DNA of 64,000 nucleotides from an uncultured Chloroflexia bacterium (GTDB taxonomy: Bacteria; Chloroflexota; Limnocylindria; Limnocylindrales; CSP1-4): the NCBI GenBank assembly GCA_963712585.1, contig CAVQIH010000007.1:8227-72226 (forward strand), in the 5' to 3' direction. Below, one piece after another: positions 10,725 through 21,674 of this stretch (positions are counted from its first letter, which is position 1; each line of letters opens with the position of its first letter). A program made the position numbers and the translations under genes. The notes under the pieces were generated by a model. The model ran no database searches. It was not told where the DNA came from and saw only the letters and a program-made list of their open reading frames with translations.

Positions 10725-11225
10725 GTGCCAACCGCCGAACAGATCGAGGGCTGGCTGGCCGAGCTCGGGCTCGAGCCTGCGTCCCGCCACGCGCGCGACG
10801 GAGTCGCCGCCTGGGACCTGCGTCTCGACGGTCGCCGGCGTTTCGATATCCCGGTGACCCTCATCCTCGATCCGGCGACCGCCCTCGTCGTCTACGTCCA
10901 CTACGCGCCCCCGATCGCGGATGGCTACCGCCGCTCCTACCGCAAGCTGCTGCGCTGGAACGACGAGTTCCCCTTCGCCAAGTTCGCCCTCGGGGAGGAT
11001 GGGCGACCCTTGCTCAGCGCCGAGATCGCCACGGCCCACCTCGATCGGGACGAGCTCGGCCTGGCGGTGGCTCGGCTCCTGGCGCTCTGCGACCACCTGG
11101 CCCACGACTCGGCGGTCTGGATCTGGACGGCTGGCAAGGTGCCCGACCCGGGCGATCGCCCAAGCCGCGGCGCCGCCCTCCTCGACCGCTACGCCAGCCA
11201 GCTCGCGGAGCTGACCCGGGCGTGA
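10725..11225 (+). CDS. YbjN domain-containing protein (T3SS-chaperone-like fold)
   Basis: LLRWNDEFPFAKFAL pattern and size typical of YbjN. Confidence 0.6.
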   Translation: MPTAEQIEGWLAELGLEPASRHARDGVAAWDLRLDGRRRFDIPVTLILDPATALVVYVHYAPPIADGYRRSYRKLLRWNDEFPFAKFALGEDGRPLLSAEIATAHLDRDELGLAVARLLALCDHLAHDSAVWIWTAGKVPDPGDRPSRGAALLDRYASQLAELTRA

Positions 11226-11409
11226 GGGACGCCGCTCCTCTCTGCGATGCCGAGCCGGCCCCCGATCGCCCCGGGCATGCGGTGCGGTACACTCGGCCGC
11301 GTCCTGGCCCACAGACCGCCGTGGGCGCCGCGGGCGCTCGGCCAGATGGAGGCGAATCGACCGTGACCGACCCCTGGCGCCCGTCCCGGCGCACCGCCGG
11401 ACGACCCTG

Positions 11410-12441
11410 ATGGGAAGGCTCAGGCTCCGTCCGTCCAAGGAGGTCCTGTCCGGGGATTCGGCGGACATCTACTTCGCCCGGGCCGAGTTGATCCTCGAGC
11501 GCGAAGGCCTGGACCCCATGGTGACCATGGAGGTCTTCAGTCGCGAGACCGGCGTCCTGTGCGGCATCGACGAAGCCAAGAACCTCCTCGCTCACGTGCT
11601 CGCGGATGCGCCGTCCGACGAGGTGACGGTCGAGGCCCTCGCCGACGGCGACTCTTTCGAGCCCAAGGAAGTGGTCCTGCGGATCCGGGCACGCTACCGG
11701 CGGTTCGGTCTCTACGAGACGGCGATGCTGGGCATGATGGCCCAGTCGACCGGTTGGGCGACCGCCGCCCGCGAGTGCGTGGAGGCCGCGGCGCCGGTGC
11801 CGGTCATCAGCTTCGGCGCGCGCCACGTCCACCCCGACATCACCGACGTCCTCGACTACGCGGCCATCGTGGGCGGCTGCGTCGGCGCCTCGACGCCGGC
11901 GGGAGCTAGGCTGGCCGGCCTCAACCCGACGGGCACGATGCCCCATGCGCTCGTCCTCATCTTCGGTGATACGGTCCGGGCGGCCGAGGCTTTCGATCGC
12001 GATCTCCCCGCCGACGTACCCCGGATCGTGCTCGTCGACACGTTCAAGGATGAGACGGAGGAAGCCCTTCGGGTGGCCAGCGCCCTCGGCGATCGGCTCT
12101 ACGGCGTGCGGCTCGACACCCCGGTCGAGCGGGGCCGGGTCACGGCCGATCTCGTCACCGAGGTTCGAGCCCGGCTCGATCAGGCCGGCTTCGGGCACGT
12201 CCGCATCGTCGTCTCCGGCGGCCTGACCCCGGAGCGGATCCGCTACTTCAAGGAGCAAGGCGCGCCGGCCGACAACTTCGCCGTGGGGAGCTACATCAGC
12301 GGGGCCAGCCCGATCGACTTCACCGGCGACATCAAGGAGATCGACGGCCGGCCGATCGCCAAGCGGGGCCGCATCCCGGGCGTCACGGCCAGCCCGCGCC
12401 TCCGGCCGGTCGACCTGACGAGCTGGGTCTCCGGCGCCTGA
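11410..12441 (+). CDS. pncB: nicotinate phosphoribosyltransferase
   Basis: ADIYF, YETAMLG, FGARHVHP, GTMPHAL, LVDTF, VRLDT, VSGG, KRG. The true start may be GTG 11363 with an indel. Confidence 0.88.
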   Translation: MGRLRLRPSKEVLSGDSADIYFARAELILEREGLDPMVTMEVFSRETGVLCGIDEAKNLLAHVLADAPSDEVTVEALADGDSFEPKEVVLRIRARYRRFGLYETAMLGMMAQSTGWATAARECVEAAAPVPVISFGARHVHPDITDVLDYAAIVGGCVGASTPAGARLAGLNPTGTMPHALVLIFGDTVRAAEAFDRDLPADVPRIVLVDTFKDETEEALRVASALGDRLYGVRLDTPVERGRVTADLVTEVRARLDQAGFGHVRIVVSGGLTPERIRYFKEQGAPADNFAVGSYISGASPIDFTGDIKEIDGRPIAKRGRIPGVTASPRLRPVDLTSWVSGA

Positions 12442-12514
12442 CCGGGCGCCGGCGCATCTCCGGCGCACCCCAGCGCCTGGGGCGAGCTTCGCCGGTCCAT
12501 GCGACGATGGGCTC

Positions 12515-12901
12515 GTGGGTGACGAGCCGGCTCCTGAGCGCGAAACGACCTACGAGCTCCTCCAGCGCGGCCACGACCTGCTGAGGAAGCGGCACTTCGC
12601 CCAGGCCGCGGTCGTCCTCAGTCGCGCCGCCCGGCTCGAGCCGCGCAAAGGTTCGATCCTGGAGGCGCTCGGCCGCGCCCACTACAACAGCGGCCAGTAC
12701 GGTCGGGCCGCCGAGACCTTCGGCGAACTCTTGGAGATCGATCCGTCCGGCCACTACGCTCATTACGCCCTGGGCCAGAGCCTCAAGAAGCTCGGCCGGC
12801 TGGCGGAAGCCCGGACGCATCTGCGGGTGGCCGTCGCCTTGGCGCCCGAGAGCCGGCTCTACGCGGGAGCGCTCGGACGGCTGCCGCCCCCCAAATCTTG
12901 A
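12515..12901 (+). CDS. tetratricopeptide repeat protein
   Basis: Three TPR-like helical repeats (EALGRAHY..., YAHYALGQSL...). Confidence 0.8.
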   Translation: MGDEPAPERETTYELLQRGHDLLRKRHFAQAAVVLSRAARLEPRKGSILEALGRAHYNSGQYGRAAETFGELLEIDPSGHYAHYALGQSLKKLGRLAEARTHLRVAVALAPESRLYAGALGRLPPPKS

Positions 12902-12913
12902 GTCCGCTCTGGG

Positions 12914-13534
12914 TCAGGCCTCGCCGCCGGCCTTGAGCCGCCCGAGCCAGAGCAGGCCGACGATCGACTTCGCGTCGGCGATCTGGCCCCCCTCGACGGC
13001 CGCAATCGCCTCCAGCCAGGGCAGCCGCACGAGTTCGAGCCGCTCGTCCTCATCGGGGCCGCGACGATCTCCGGAGACCGGCCGCAGCTCGGTCGCCAGA
13101 TAGAGCGTCATCAGCTCGGTCGCAAAGCCCGGTGCCGTCCAGAAACGCGTGAGCAGTCGCCAGCGCCCGGCTCGATGGCCGGTCTCCTCTTCGAGCTCCC
13201 GAGCCGCGGCGAGGGCCGGGTCCTCGGTCGTGCCGTCGGGAGCGGCGTCGAGCGTCCCGGCCGGGATCTCGATGAGGACGCGCCCGGCCGGCGAGCGGTA
13301 TTGGCGAACGAGGAGGACGCGATCGGCGTCGTCGAGGGCGACGATCGCCACTGCCCCGGGGTGGCCGACGACGTCGCGCTGGCGGTGGGCCCCGTCGGGG
13401 AGCTCGACCGTGTCGGTCCGGAAGGTGAGGTAGTGGCCGCGGTGGAGAACCTGGAAATCGACGACGCGCTCGTGCAGATGGTCGGAGGCGTCGTCGGGAA
13501 GGACCTCGGGGATCACTGGGTCGGGTCGGGCCAC
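12914..13534 (-). CDS. NUDIX hydrolase (ADP-ribose pyrophosphatase, NudF-like)
   Basis: HPGAVAIV, VRQYR, EIPAG...AAARELEEETG, PGFATE, DAKSI. Confidence 0.88.
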   Translation of the reverse strand: MARPDPVIPEVLPDDASDHLHERVVDFQVLHRGHYLTFRTDTVELPDGAHRQRDVVGHPGAVAIVALDDADRVLLVRQYRSPAGRVLIEIPAGTLDAAPDGTTEDPALAAARELEEETGHRAGRWRLLTRFWTAPGFATELMTLYLATELRPVSGDRRGPDEDERLELVRLPWLEAIAAVEGGQIADAKSIVGLLWLGRLKAGGEA

Positions 13535-13622
13535 CCGCGAACTATAGGCCGCGACCCGCGACCGGGTGGTCGCGGGTCGCGGCCTCAGGCGCTGGACCGG
13601 CCTGCGGCGAGCCGCGCCGCGG

Positions 13623-14731
<1,109 letters not shown>

Positions 14732-15018
14732 GCTGCGTGCTCCCTGGGCGCCCGGTCCATCGCGAGCCCATGCATCCGACCGACGAAGCGGATTCGGACG
14801 GCCCCGTACGTGGCCAGACGGCGCGTCCCGCCATCCTAGCATCCGGTTCGGAGGCGGAGGTGGCGGACCCTGCCGAGCGGAGGACCGTCGCAGCGGTGAG
14901 GCTTATGGCGCGAGGTCGGCGCCCGCCGATCGCGCGTCGGCGGCCAGCAGCTCGAGCGCCTCGTTCTCGCCGACGAGCGGCATCTGCGCCGCTCGAGCGC
15001 CCTCCGCCTCGCGATCGT

Positions 15019-15339
15019 TCAGCGGGCGCTGATTGGTCGGACGCGTTCGAGCTGGGGACGGACCGGGTCGTCGCCTGGGATCGGTTCGTCGATGTCGGCG
15101 TGTTGAACGGGCGTCTCCGCGCGGGACGCCTGCGCGGCGCGCCCGTCGCGCGACGACGGCCGTTCGGGGATGGGCTCCCGGACGCTCGCCCAGGCCCGGA
15201 TGCCGTCGACGACGGCGCCGGCGATGGAGACGCCCACGGAGGCGACGCCACCGGTGACACGGACAGCGAGGCCGAACGCCGCGAACACGAGCAACAGCAA
15301 TCCGGTCCCGAAGACGAGACCGAGAGGTGGCGGTGTCAT
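15019..15339 (-). CDS. small single-pass membrane hypothetical protein
   Basis: AAGGGG RBS before ATG 15339; hydrophobic LGLVFGTGLLLLVFAAFGLAV. Confidence 0.55.
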   Translation of the reverse strand: MTPPPLGLVFGTGLLLLVFAAFGLAVRVTGGVASVGVSIAGAVVDGIRAWASVREPIPERPSSRDGRAAQASRAETPVQHADIDEPIPGDDPVRPQLERVRPISAR

Positions 15340-15342
15340 GAA

Positions 15343-15503
15343 GTGGCCCCTTGCTCGAGGGCTCGAACCCTCGCGCGCAAAGCCCGGCCGGCGAAGCCAC
15401 CGACCGCGGGCCTGCCTGCTCGCGAGGATCGTGCTCCAGCGGTGGCAGTCAGCCAAGTGCTGAACGGCCTTTCGGGGCAACGGCGCCGAGGGGATTGCCG
15501 CTG
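15343..15503 (-). ncRNA. candidate structured 5' leader / riboswitch-like RNA (family not recognised)
   Basis: Long hairpin 15369-15427; multi-stem domain closed by CAGCGG/CCGCTG (15437-15503) with a CC-GAAA-GG loop and TCAGC/GCTGA stem; CCCC tracts complementary to the RBS. Confidence 0.35.
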
Positions 15504-15593
15504 AGGGTCAACCGTACGTTCGGGCCATGGCGCGGGGGGTTTCGGCAAGCGAGTGTGATAAACCTTCCGCAGCCCGCCAGAGGTGAGTCGAGC

Positions 15594-18335
15594 ATGGGTT
15601 CCGAGGAAGACCGCTCGCCGGCGCGCTCGGCCACGGCCATCGTCCTCGCCTACGTCGCCAGCGCGGTCGTCTGGATCACGCTGAGCGACCAGCTCGCCGG
15701 CGCCCTGTTCCGAGACCCGGACGCCCTGACGCTGGTCTCCACGCTCAAAGGCTGGGGCTTCGTGGCGGTCACGGGCGGGGTCCTGGCCCTCATGGTCCGC
15801 CGCTACGACGCCCAGCGAGCTCGGCAGACTGCCGAGCTCGAGGTTCGGGAACGCCGCTTCCGCCTCCTCGCCGAGCACGCCAGGGACGTGATCATTCGCT
15901 ATGCGATCGCGCCCGAGTCCCGCTTCGAATACGTGAGCCCGGCCGTGGAGACCGTCCTCGGCTACCCGCCTGAGGCCTTCTACGCGGACCCCGGGCTCAT
16001 GGCCCGCCTGGTTCATCCCGACGATCGGCACCTGCTCGAGCCTGAAGACGGCGTGCCCCTCGAGCAGAGATCGATCCTGCTCCGAGCCCGCCACTCGGAC
16101 GGCCACTGGGTCTGGATCGAGCAGCGGAGCACCCCGGTCTACGACGCTACCGGCCGCCTCGTCGCGGCCGAGGGGGTGGCCCGTGACGTCAGCGAGCGCC
16201 AGCGCGCTGAGGAGGCCCTCGCCCGCCTCAACCGGGTACTGCGGACCCTCAGTGCGGCGAACCAGGCGTTGGTCCGTGCCGAGAGCGAGACCGACCTGCT
16301 CGAGGCGATCTGCCGAGCCGTCGTCGAGCACGGCGGCTTCCGCTTCGCCTGGGTCGGCTACCGCGAGGAAGACGAGGCTGGCTCCATCCGCCCGGTCGCC
16401 CATGCCGGCCACGAGGCGGGGTACCTCACGGCCGTCAAGGCCAGCTGGCACGACGACGAGGACGCGCGCGGGCCGGCCGGCATCGCGGTCCGCGAGGGTC
16501 GGACTGTCCTCAGTCACGACGTCGCGGGCGACCCCGCCGCAACCCCCTGGCGCGACGAGCTGGTAAGCCGCGGCTTCGCTTCGGGGGCAGCCCTGCCCCT
16601 GCGCCGCGAGAGCGGCGTCCTTGGAATGCTCGCGATCTACTCGGCCGAACCCGATGCCTTCGGTGACGAGGAAGTGGCGCTTCTCGAGGAACTCGCCGAC
16701 GACCTCGCCTACGGGATTGAGGCCCTCCGGGGGCGCGCCGCGCGAGCGGCCGCCGAAGCCGACCGGCTGCGCCTCGCGACCGCCATCGAGCAATCCGCCG
16801 AGTCGGTCGTCATCACCGACGTGGAGGGCGCCATCGAGTACGTCAACCCGACCTTCGAGCGGGTCACCGGCTACGCGCGCGAGGAGGTGCTGGGCCGCAA
16901 TCCGCGCCTGCTCAACAGCGGCGTGCAGCCTGCGGCCTTCTACGAGGCGATGTGGCGGGCTCTGGTGGGCGGGCGAGCTTGGGTCGCCGATTTCGTCAAC
17001 CGTCGCAAGGACGGCTCGCTGTTCACCGAGGAGGCCGTGATCTCCCCGGTCCGCGATGCGACCGACTCGACGGTCGGCTTCGTGGCCGTGAAGCGCGACG
17101 TCACCCGGGAGCGGGAAGCCGAGGCGCGCGAGCAGGTCCGGGCTCGCGAACGGGCCCTGGTCGCGGAAGCGCTGGCGAGCTTGCACCCGGAAGCGACGCC
17201 TGAGGAGACCGCCGATGCCGTCTGCCGCCAGATCGCCCAGCTTCCGGAGGCGACGCTGGCTCTCCTGCTGACCTTCGATCCCGACGGGCGAGCCTCCGCG
17301 CTGGGCGCGGCTGCGGCCGACGGCCGAACGCTCGATCGGCGACGGCTTCCCGAGGCCCGCGCCCGCCTCCTGCGATCACGAGCCCTCGAGGGCCCCTGGG
17401 TCGAGAGCTGGGTCGCTCGGCGTGGTCATCCCTTCAACCGCGCCTTCCAGGATCTCCATGTCAGCGCCCTCGCCTACGTGCCCCTGCGGATCGAGCAAGA
17501 CGTGGTGGGTCTCCTGGAACTCGGCTCGGCGCGCGCCGATGCGGCCGACCGGCTCATCGAGCGTCTACCCGCGCTCGTCGAGTTCACCGCTATTGCCGGG
17601 GCGGTCCTCGGGCCGGCGATCTCATCGCGCTCGGCCGCGAGCCGAGTCCGCGAACGGGTCAGGACCGTCATCGAGCGGGGTGCGTTCCGGCCCGTCTACC
17701 AGCCAATCGTCGACCTCAAGAGCCTCGCCGTCATCGGCTACGAGGCGCTCACCCGCTTCGATGACGCGATGCCCCCCGAAGAGCAGTTCCGGGAGGCGGC
17801 GAGCGTGGGTCTGGGCATCGAGCTCGAGATCGCCGCGCTGCAGGCGGCGCTCGAGACCGCGGCCGTCCTGCCCGCGTCCCCGTGGCTCAACGTGAACGTC
17901 TCGCCCACCGTCATCCTGGCCGGCGAGCCGCTCCGGTCGATCGTCCAGGGCTACCCCGGACGACTCGTTCTCGAGGTGACCGAGCATCTGGCGATCACCG
18001 ACTACGGGGCCTTCCGTGAGGCCGTAGCGACGCTCGGCCCGGACGTCCAGATCGCCGTCGACGACGCCGGCGCCGGCTTTGCCAGCCTTCGTCACATCGT
18101 TGAGCTGCGGCCACAGATCGTGAAGATCGATCGCTCGCTGGTGACCGGCATCGATGCGGACCCGGCCCGTCAGGCGCTCCTGGCGGGCCTCCGCCACTTT
18201 GCCGATTCGCAGGGCTGTAGCCTCATCGCCGAGGGCATCGAGACCGAGGCCGAGCTGGCGACGCTGGTCCGCCTCGCCATCCGCAGCGGTCAGGGCTATC
18301 TCCTCGGCCGGCCGGTGCCCCTGATCCAGGGCTGA
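15594..18335 (+). CDS. membrane-bound PAS-GAF-PAS-GAF-EAL c-di-GMP phosphodiesterase
   Basis: Two N-terminal TMs, PAS (YVSP, VHPDD, DVSER), GAF, PAS (NRRKDG), EAL motifs YQPIV, YEALTR, EVTE, DDAGAG, EGIET, QGY. Confidence 0.9.
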   Translation: MGSEEDRSPARSATAIVLAYVASAVVWITLSDQLAGALFRDPDALTLVSTLKGWGFVAVTGGVLALMVRRYDAQRARQTAELEVRERRFRLLAEHARDVIIRYAIAPESRFEYVSPAVETVLGYPPEAFYADPGLMARLVHPDDRHLLEPEDGVPLEQRSILLRARHSDGHWVWIEQRSTPVYDATGRLVAAEGVARDVSERQRAEEALARLNRVLRTLSAANQALVRAESETDLLEAICRAVVEHGGFRFAWVGYREEDEAGSIRPVAHAGHEAGYLTAVKASWHDDEDARGPAGIAVREGRTVLSHDVAGDPAATPWRDELVSRGFASGAALPLRRESGVLGMLAIYSAEPDAFGDEEVALLEELADDLAYGIEALRGRAARAAAEADRLRLATAIEQSAESVVITDVEGAIEYVNPTFERVTGYAREEVLGRNPRLLNSGVQPAAFYEAMWRALVGGRAWVADFVNRRKDGSLFTEEAVISPVRDATDSTVGFVAVKRDVTREREAEAREQVRARERALVAEALASLHPEATPEETADAVCRQIAQLPEATLALLLTFDPDGRASALGAAAADGRTLDRRRLPEARARLLRSRALEGPWVESWVARRGHPFNRAFQDLHVSALAYVPLRIEQDVVGLLELGSARADAADRLIERLPALVEFTAIAGAVLGPAISSRSAASRVRERVRTVIERGAFRPVYQPIVDLKSLAVIGYEALTRFDDAMPPEEQFREAASVGLGIELEIAALQAALETAAVLPASPWLNVNVSPTVILAGEPLRSIVQGYPGRLVLEVTEHLAITDYGAFREAVATLGPDVQIAVDDAGAGFASLRHIVELRPQIVKIDRSLVTGIDADPARQALLAGLRHFADSQGCSLIAEGIETEAELATLVRLAIRSGQGYLLGRPVPLIQG

Positions 18336-18384
18336 CGGCTATAGTGGGCCCTCGATCCACAGGCGAGCGAGGAAGGGGCAGCCA

Positions 18385-18765
18385 ATGAACGCGTACCTCA
18401 TCTCGGCAGATGATCGTCCGGGCATGGCCGTGGGGATCTTCGGGGCCGCGGCGAAGCGGGGCGTCAATGTCTTCCCGGCCTACGGGCTCTCCGATGGCAA
18501 GCGAGCCCTGATCCTGCTCGGCTCCGACGATGAAGCCGGCCTGCGGGCGGCGATCGCCGACGCCGGCTATGCGCCGACGGCGATCGAGATGGCGGTGGTC
18601 GAGTTGGACAACCGACCGGGCAGCGGGGTCGAGACCATGCGCAAGCTGGCCGAGGCCGGCGTCGACCTGCGGGTCGCGGTGCCCGTTGGGATGGCGGGCG
18701 ATCGTGTCCAGGTGGCGTTCGGGGCGACCGACGCCGCACTCCTGAAGCGCGTTCTCGGGCTCTGA
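18385..18765 (+). CDS. tandem ACT-domain protein
   Basis: DDRPG...GVNV and DNRPG...GVDL ACT signatures. Confidence 0.7.
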   Translation: MNAYLISADDRPGMAVGIFGAAAKRGVNVFPAYGLSDGKRALILLGSDDEAGLRAAIADAGYAPTAIEMAVVELDNRPGSGVETMRKLAEAGVDLRVAVPVGMAGDRVQVAFGATDAALLKRVLGL

Positions 18766-18778
18766 CCCCGGCCGGGGC

Positions 18779-19819
18779 TCAGTGACCCCAGCCGGGCGAG
18801 CTGCCGGCGGAGCCGCCTGAGCGACCCGGCCCGGAGCCGTGCTTGGCGGGAGAATCGTGCTTGTCCGCCTGGTCATGCTTGTCGTGGCCGGGTCCGCAGG
18901 AACCGGAAGAACCCTGGACCTGTAGCCGGTACGTGCCGTCGGCGAGGGCCTTGAGCGAGGCCGCCACGCCGACCCTGGAGTCGTTGAAGCGGGCAGAGAA
19001 CCCGTTGCCCCTCGTCTTGGTCGTGACCGGGGCGCCGGTCGCGCCGTCGAAGACGACCTTCCCATCGGCCGCGACGTGGAAGGTGACACTCACCGGGGTG
19101 GCGTTGCACAGGTGGGCGGACCAGGTCCGTGGCCCGGCGAGAGCGGCCAGCGTGCCGGTCAGCTTCTGGCGGTCCCGGCCGCCGAGCGAAACCTGGACGG
19201 CCGCGGAGCCGTCGCTCTTCTTGACCGTCACCGCGATCGTCAGCTGCTTGGTGTAACCGTTTCGGGTGAACGTCACGCCCCCCACGACCGAGCCGCTCTT
19301 GCCCCGGCTCTTGGATTTCGGCCCGACCAGCTGGGAGGTCACCCCGGCGGCCGTCGAGACCGCCCCGATGGCCAGCGTCGGGTTGCCGCTCCCATCGCTG
19401 CCGACCACATAGGCAACGGTCGATGGGCTGCCGGTGCCGAACACGTCCGCCCACCAGGTCGCACTCCCGGCGAGGGTGCTGAGCTTGGCCCGGGCGACGA
19501 TCGTCAGGCGATCACCTTTGGCCCGGACGCCCAGCTTGGCGGTCCCACCGGCGTTGGAGAAGGACGCCGTCCCCAAATCGGCCGAGGTCTGGGTGAGAAG
19601 GCCGGGGGGACTGAGGTTGACGTTCGAGATGTTCCCGACGGCATCGAGCGCCACCCCGACCGTCAGCGACGTGCCGATGAAGGGCAGCGTCGACGTCATC
19701 CCGTGCGTCTGGGCGATCGGCTCGTTGGTGGTGGCCGCGACGCCACCTGGGAAGGTCAACAGGAGGGCTGCCAGCGCGAGGGCGGGGGGCGCCGTGCGGC
19801 GCACTGCGTGGCTGGTCAT
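18779..19819 (-). CDS. secreted hypothetical protein (Gly/Thr/Ser-rich, beta-rich)
   Basis: GAGGAG RBS, signal peptide ending VAA, internal duplication. Confidence 0.7.
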   Translation of the reverse strand: MTSHAVRRTAPPALALAALLLTFPGGVAATTNEPIAQTHGMTSTLPFIGTSLTVGVALDAVGNISNVNLSPPGLLTQTSADLGTASFSNAGGTAKLGVRAKGDRLTIVARAKLSTLAGSATWWADVFGTGSPSTVAYVVGSDGSGNPTLAIGAVSTAAGVTSQLVGPKSKSRGKSGSVVGGVTFTRNGYTKQLTIAVTVKKSDGSAAVQVSLGGRDRQKLTGTLAALAGPRTWSAHLCNATPVSVTFHVAADGKVVFDGATGAPVTTKTRGNGFSARFNDSRVGVAASLKALADGTYRLQVQGSSGSCGPGHDKHDQADKHDSPAKHGSGPGRSGGSAGSSPGWGH

Positions 19820-20081
19820 TGGGTCGACTCCTCGTTGCAGGCGAGGCCCTCAGGCCGCGCGACCCGCGGGTCGCAGCCGGATCGGCCTCGCTGTTCGATT
19901 GAGCACGCTCCGTTGAGCACGCGGCCTCCACCTTACCCCATGTCCGAGGGGAGCGCCGCCGGCGCGATCAGCCCACCGTCGCTGCAGGCTCGCGGCCACA
20001 ACCGCAATCCGGTGCCTACTGGCACCACGAGACGCAGAGGTCAACCTCGCCTGACTGGACAGCCTCCGAGCCGTGGCGCCA

Positions 20082-21296
20082 TCAGAGGCCGAACTGCTCG
20101 ATGGCCCGCCCGGCGAGGGTCCGCCCGATCGCGAGGGAGGCCGTGGCCGCCGGCGAGGGCGCGTTGCGGACGTGGAGGACTCGTCCCGAGCCCGCCAGAT
20201 CGAAGTCGTCGACGAGGCTGCCGTCACGGGCGAGCGCCTGGGCCCGCACGCCCGAAGGACCGAACGTCAGCTGGTCGCCCCTCAGCTCGGGCAGGTAGCG
20301 GCGGAGCTCGGACACGAAGGCGCGCTTCGACCAGTCGCGCCACATCTCGGCCAGGCCGGTCCGCAGGAACTTGCCCGCCAGGCGGACGAAGCCGGGGTAG
20401 GTGAGGGTCTCGGCGAGATCGCGGACCGAGAAGTCGCGGCGGCGGTAGCCGGCGCGGGCGAAGGCCAGGACGGCGTTGGGCCCGGCCCACACCTCACCGT
20501 CGATGCGACGGGTGAAGTGCACGCCGAGGAAGGGGAAACGCGGATCGGCGAGCGGGTAGATGAGGCCTCGGACGAGATGGCGCGCGTCCGGCCTCAGGGT
20601 GTAGTAGTCGCCCCGGAAGGGGACGATGCGGGACGCCGCGGGACCGGAGTCCCCGGTCAGGGCGGCGATCCGGTCCGCCCACAGCCCGGCGCAGGCGATC
20701 ACCGCGTGGGCGAGGATCTCGCCGGCCGGCGTGCGCACGACCAGCCCGTCGGGACGGCGCTGGATCGAGGTCACCCGGCGACCGGTCTCGATCGAGCCGC
20801 CGCGGGCCCGGACCTCCTCGGCGTAGGCGAGGGTGACGGCCCCGAAATCGACGATCCCCGTTGTCGGGCTCCAGAGCGCCCGGATCCCCGCCGCATGGGG
20901 CTCGATCTCGCGGATCCTCTCGGGCCCCACGACCTCGAGCTCGGGGACGCCGTTCGCGAGGGCTCGTTCCCGCAATGCCTCGAGCCGTGGCAGCTCGACC
21001 TCGGTCAGCGCCACCACGAGCTTGCCGCAGCGCTCGAACGGGACCCCCTTGGCCTCCAGGAACGCCTCGAGCTCGGCCTTGCCCTCCCGGCAAAGGCGGG
21101 CCTTGAGCGAGCCCGGCACGTAGTAGAGCCCGGCGTGGATGACCCCGCTGTTGTGGCCCGACTGGTGGGCGCCGAGCGCGGCCTCCTTCTCGAGGACGGT
21201 GAGCCGCAGGTCCGGTCGAGCCTCGAGCAGTCGAAAGGCGGTGGCGAGTCCGACGATCCCTCCGCCCACGATCGCGACGTCGACCTGCGGGGTCAT
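20082..21296 (-). CDS. lhgO: L-2-hydroxyglutarate oxidase
   Basis: VGGGIVG, HQSGHNSGVIHAGLYY, KARLC, PFRGDYY, FPFLGVHFT, GPNA, GVRAQA, NAPSPAATASL. Confidence 0.9.
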   Translation of the reverse strand: MTPQVDVAIVGGGIVGLATAFRLLEARPDLRLTVLEKEAALGAHQSGHNSGVIHAGLYYVPGSLKARLCREGKAELEAFLEAKGVPFERCGKLVVALTEVELPRLEALRERALANGVPELEVVGPERIREIEPHAAGIRALWSPTTGIVDFGAVTLAYAEEVRARGGSIETGRRVTSIQRRPDGLVVRTPAGEILAHAVIACAGLWADRIAALTGDSGPAASRIVPFRGDYYTLRPDARHLVRGLIYPLADPRFPFLGVHFTRRIDGEVWAGPNAVLAFARAGYRRRDFSVRDLAETLTYPGFVRLAGKFLRTGLAEMWRDWSKRAFVSELRRYLPELRGDQLTFGPSGVRAQALARDGSLVDDFDLAGSGRVLHVRNAPSPAATASLAIGRTLAGRAIEQFGL

Positions 21297-21373
21297 GCCG
21301 GCTGGACCTCTGGGAAGGGCACGCCGTACCGGGCGGCCAGCTCGGCGCGGGACGGATCTGCGTACGCCGGCAT
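21293..21373 (-). CDS. 26-aa small ORF translationally coupled to lhgO (or remnant of a deleted gene)
   Basis: GAGGAGG RBS; MPAYADPSRAELAARYGVPFPEVQPA*; ATGA overlap with the lhgO start. Confidence 0.4.
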   Translation of the reverse strand: MPAYADPSRAELAARYGVPFPEVQPA

Positions 21374-21674
21374 TCGCGCAGGTCCTCCTCTCGAGATGCG
21401 TCACCAGGGTTGGGGACTCGGGGCGGCCGATCGGCCCGACTTCGAACACTACACGCGCTCGCGGATCCCCATCGTGTGCTGAGTACTAACGGGTGATGGT
21501 GCGCCGCGCAGCCCGCTCCCATCGTCTGGGACACCGACACTCGTCTGTTCGCGACGGGGTCATGAGCCAAGGTCAGCCCGAAGCAGGCGGCGGTTCTGCC
21601 GCTCTCCCAACCTCGTGCGGCGAGCGCCCGCCATCGGTGGGCCCGCCACCGAGGACGGAGCAGGGTGCCGGGGG

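Noticed and set aside
14732-14900. msiK-type RNA motif upstream of the sugar ABC ATPase
   Set aside because: I could not match the motif consensus; only generic GC-rich pairing is visible.
15343-15440. tRNA (e.g. tRNA-Sec) or tmRNA suggested by GGTTCGAGCCC...GGCCA on the minus strand
   Set aside because: T-loop is only 6 nt, no 5' strand complements the acceptor, and there is no D or anticodon arm.
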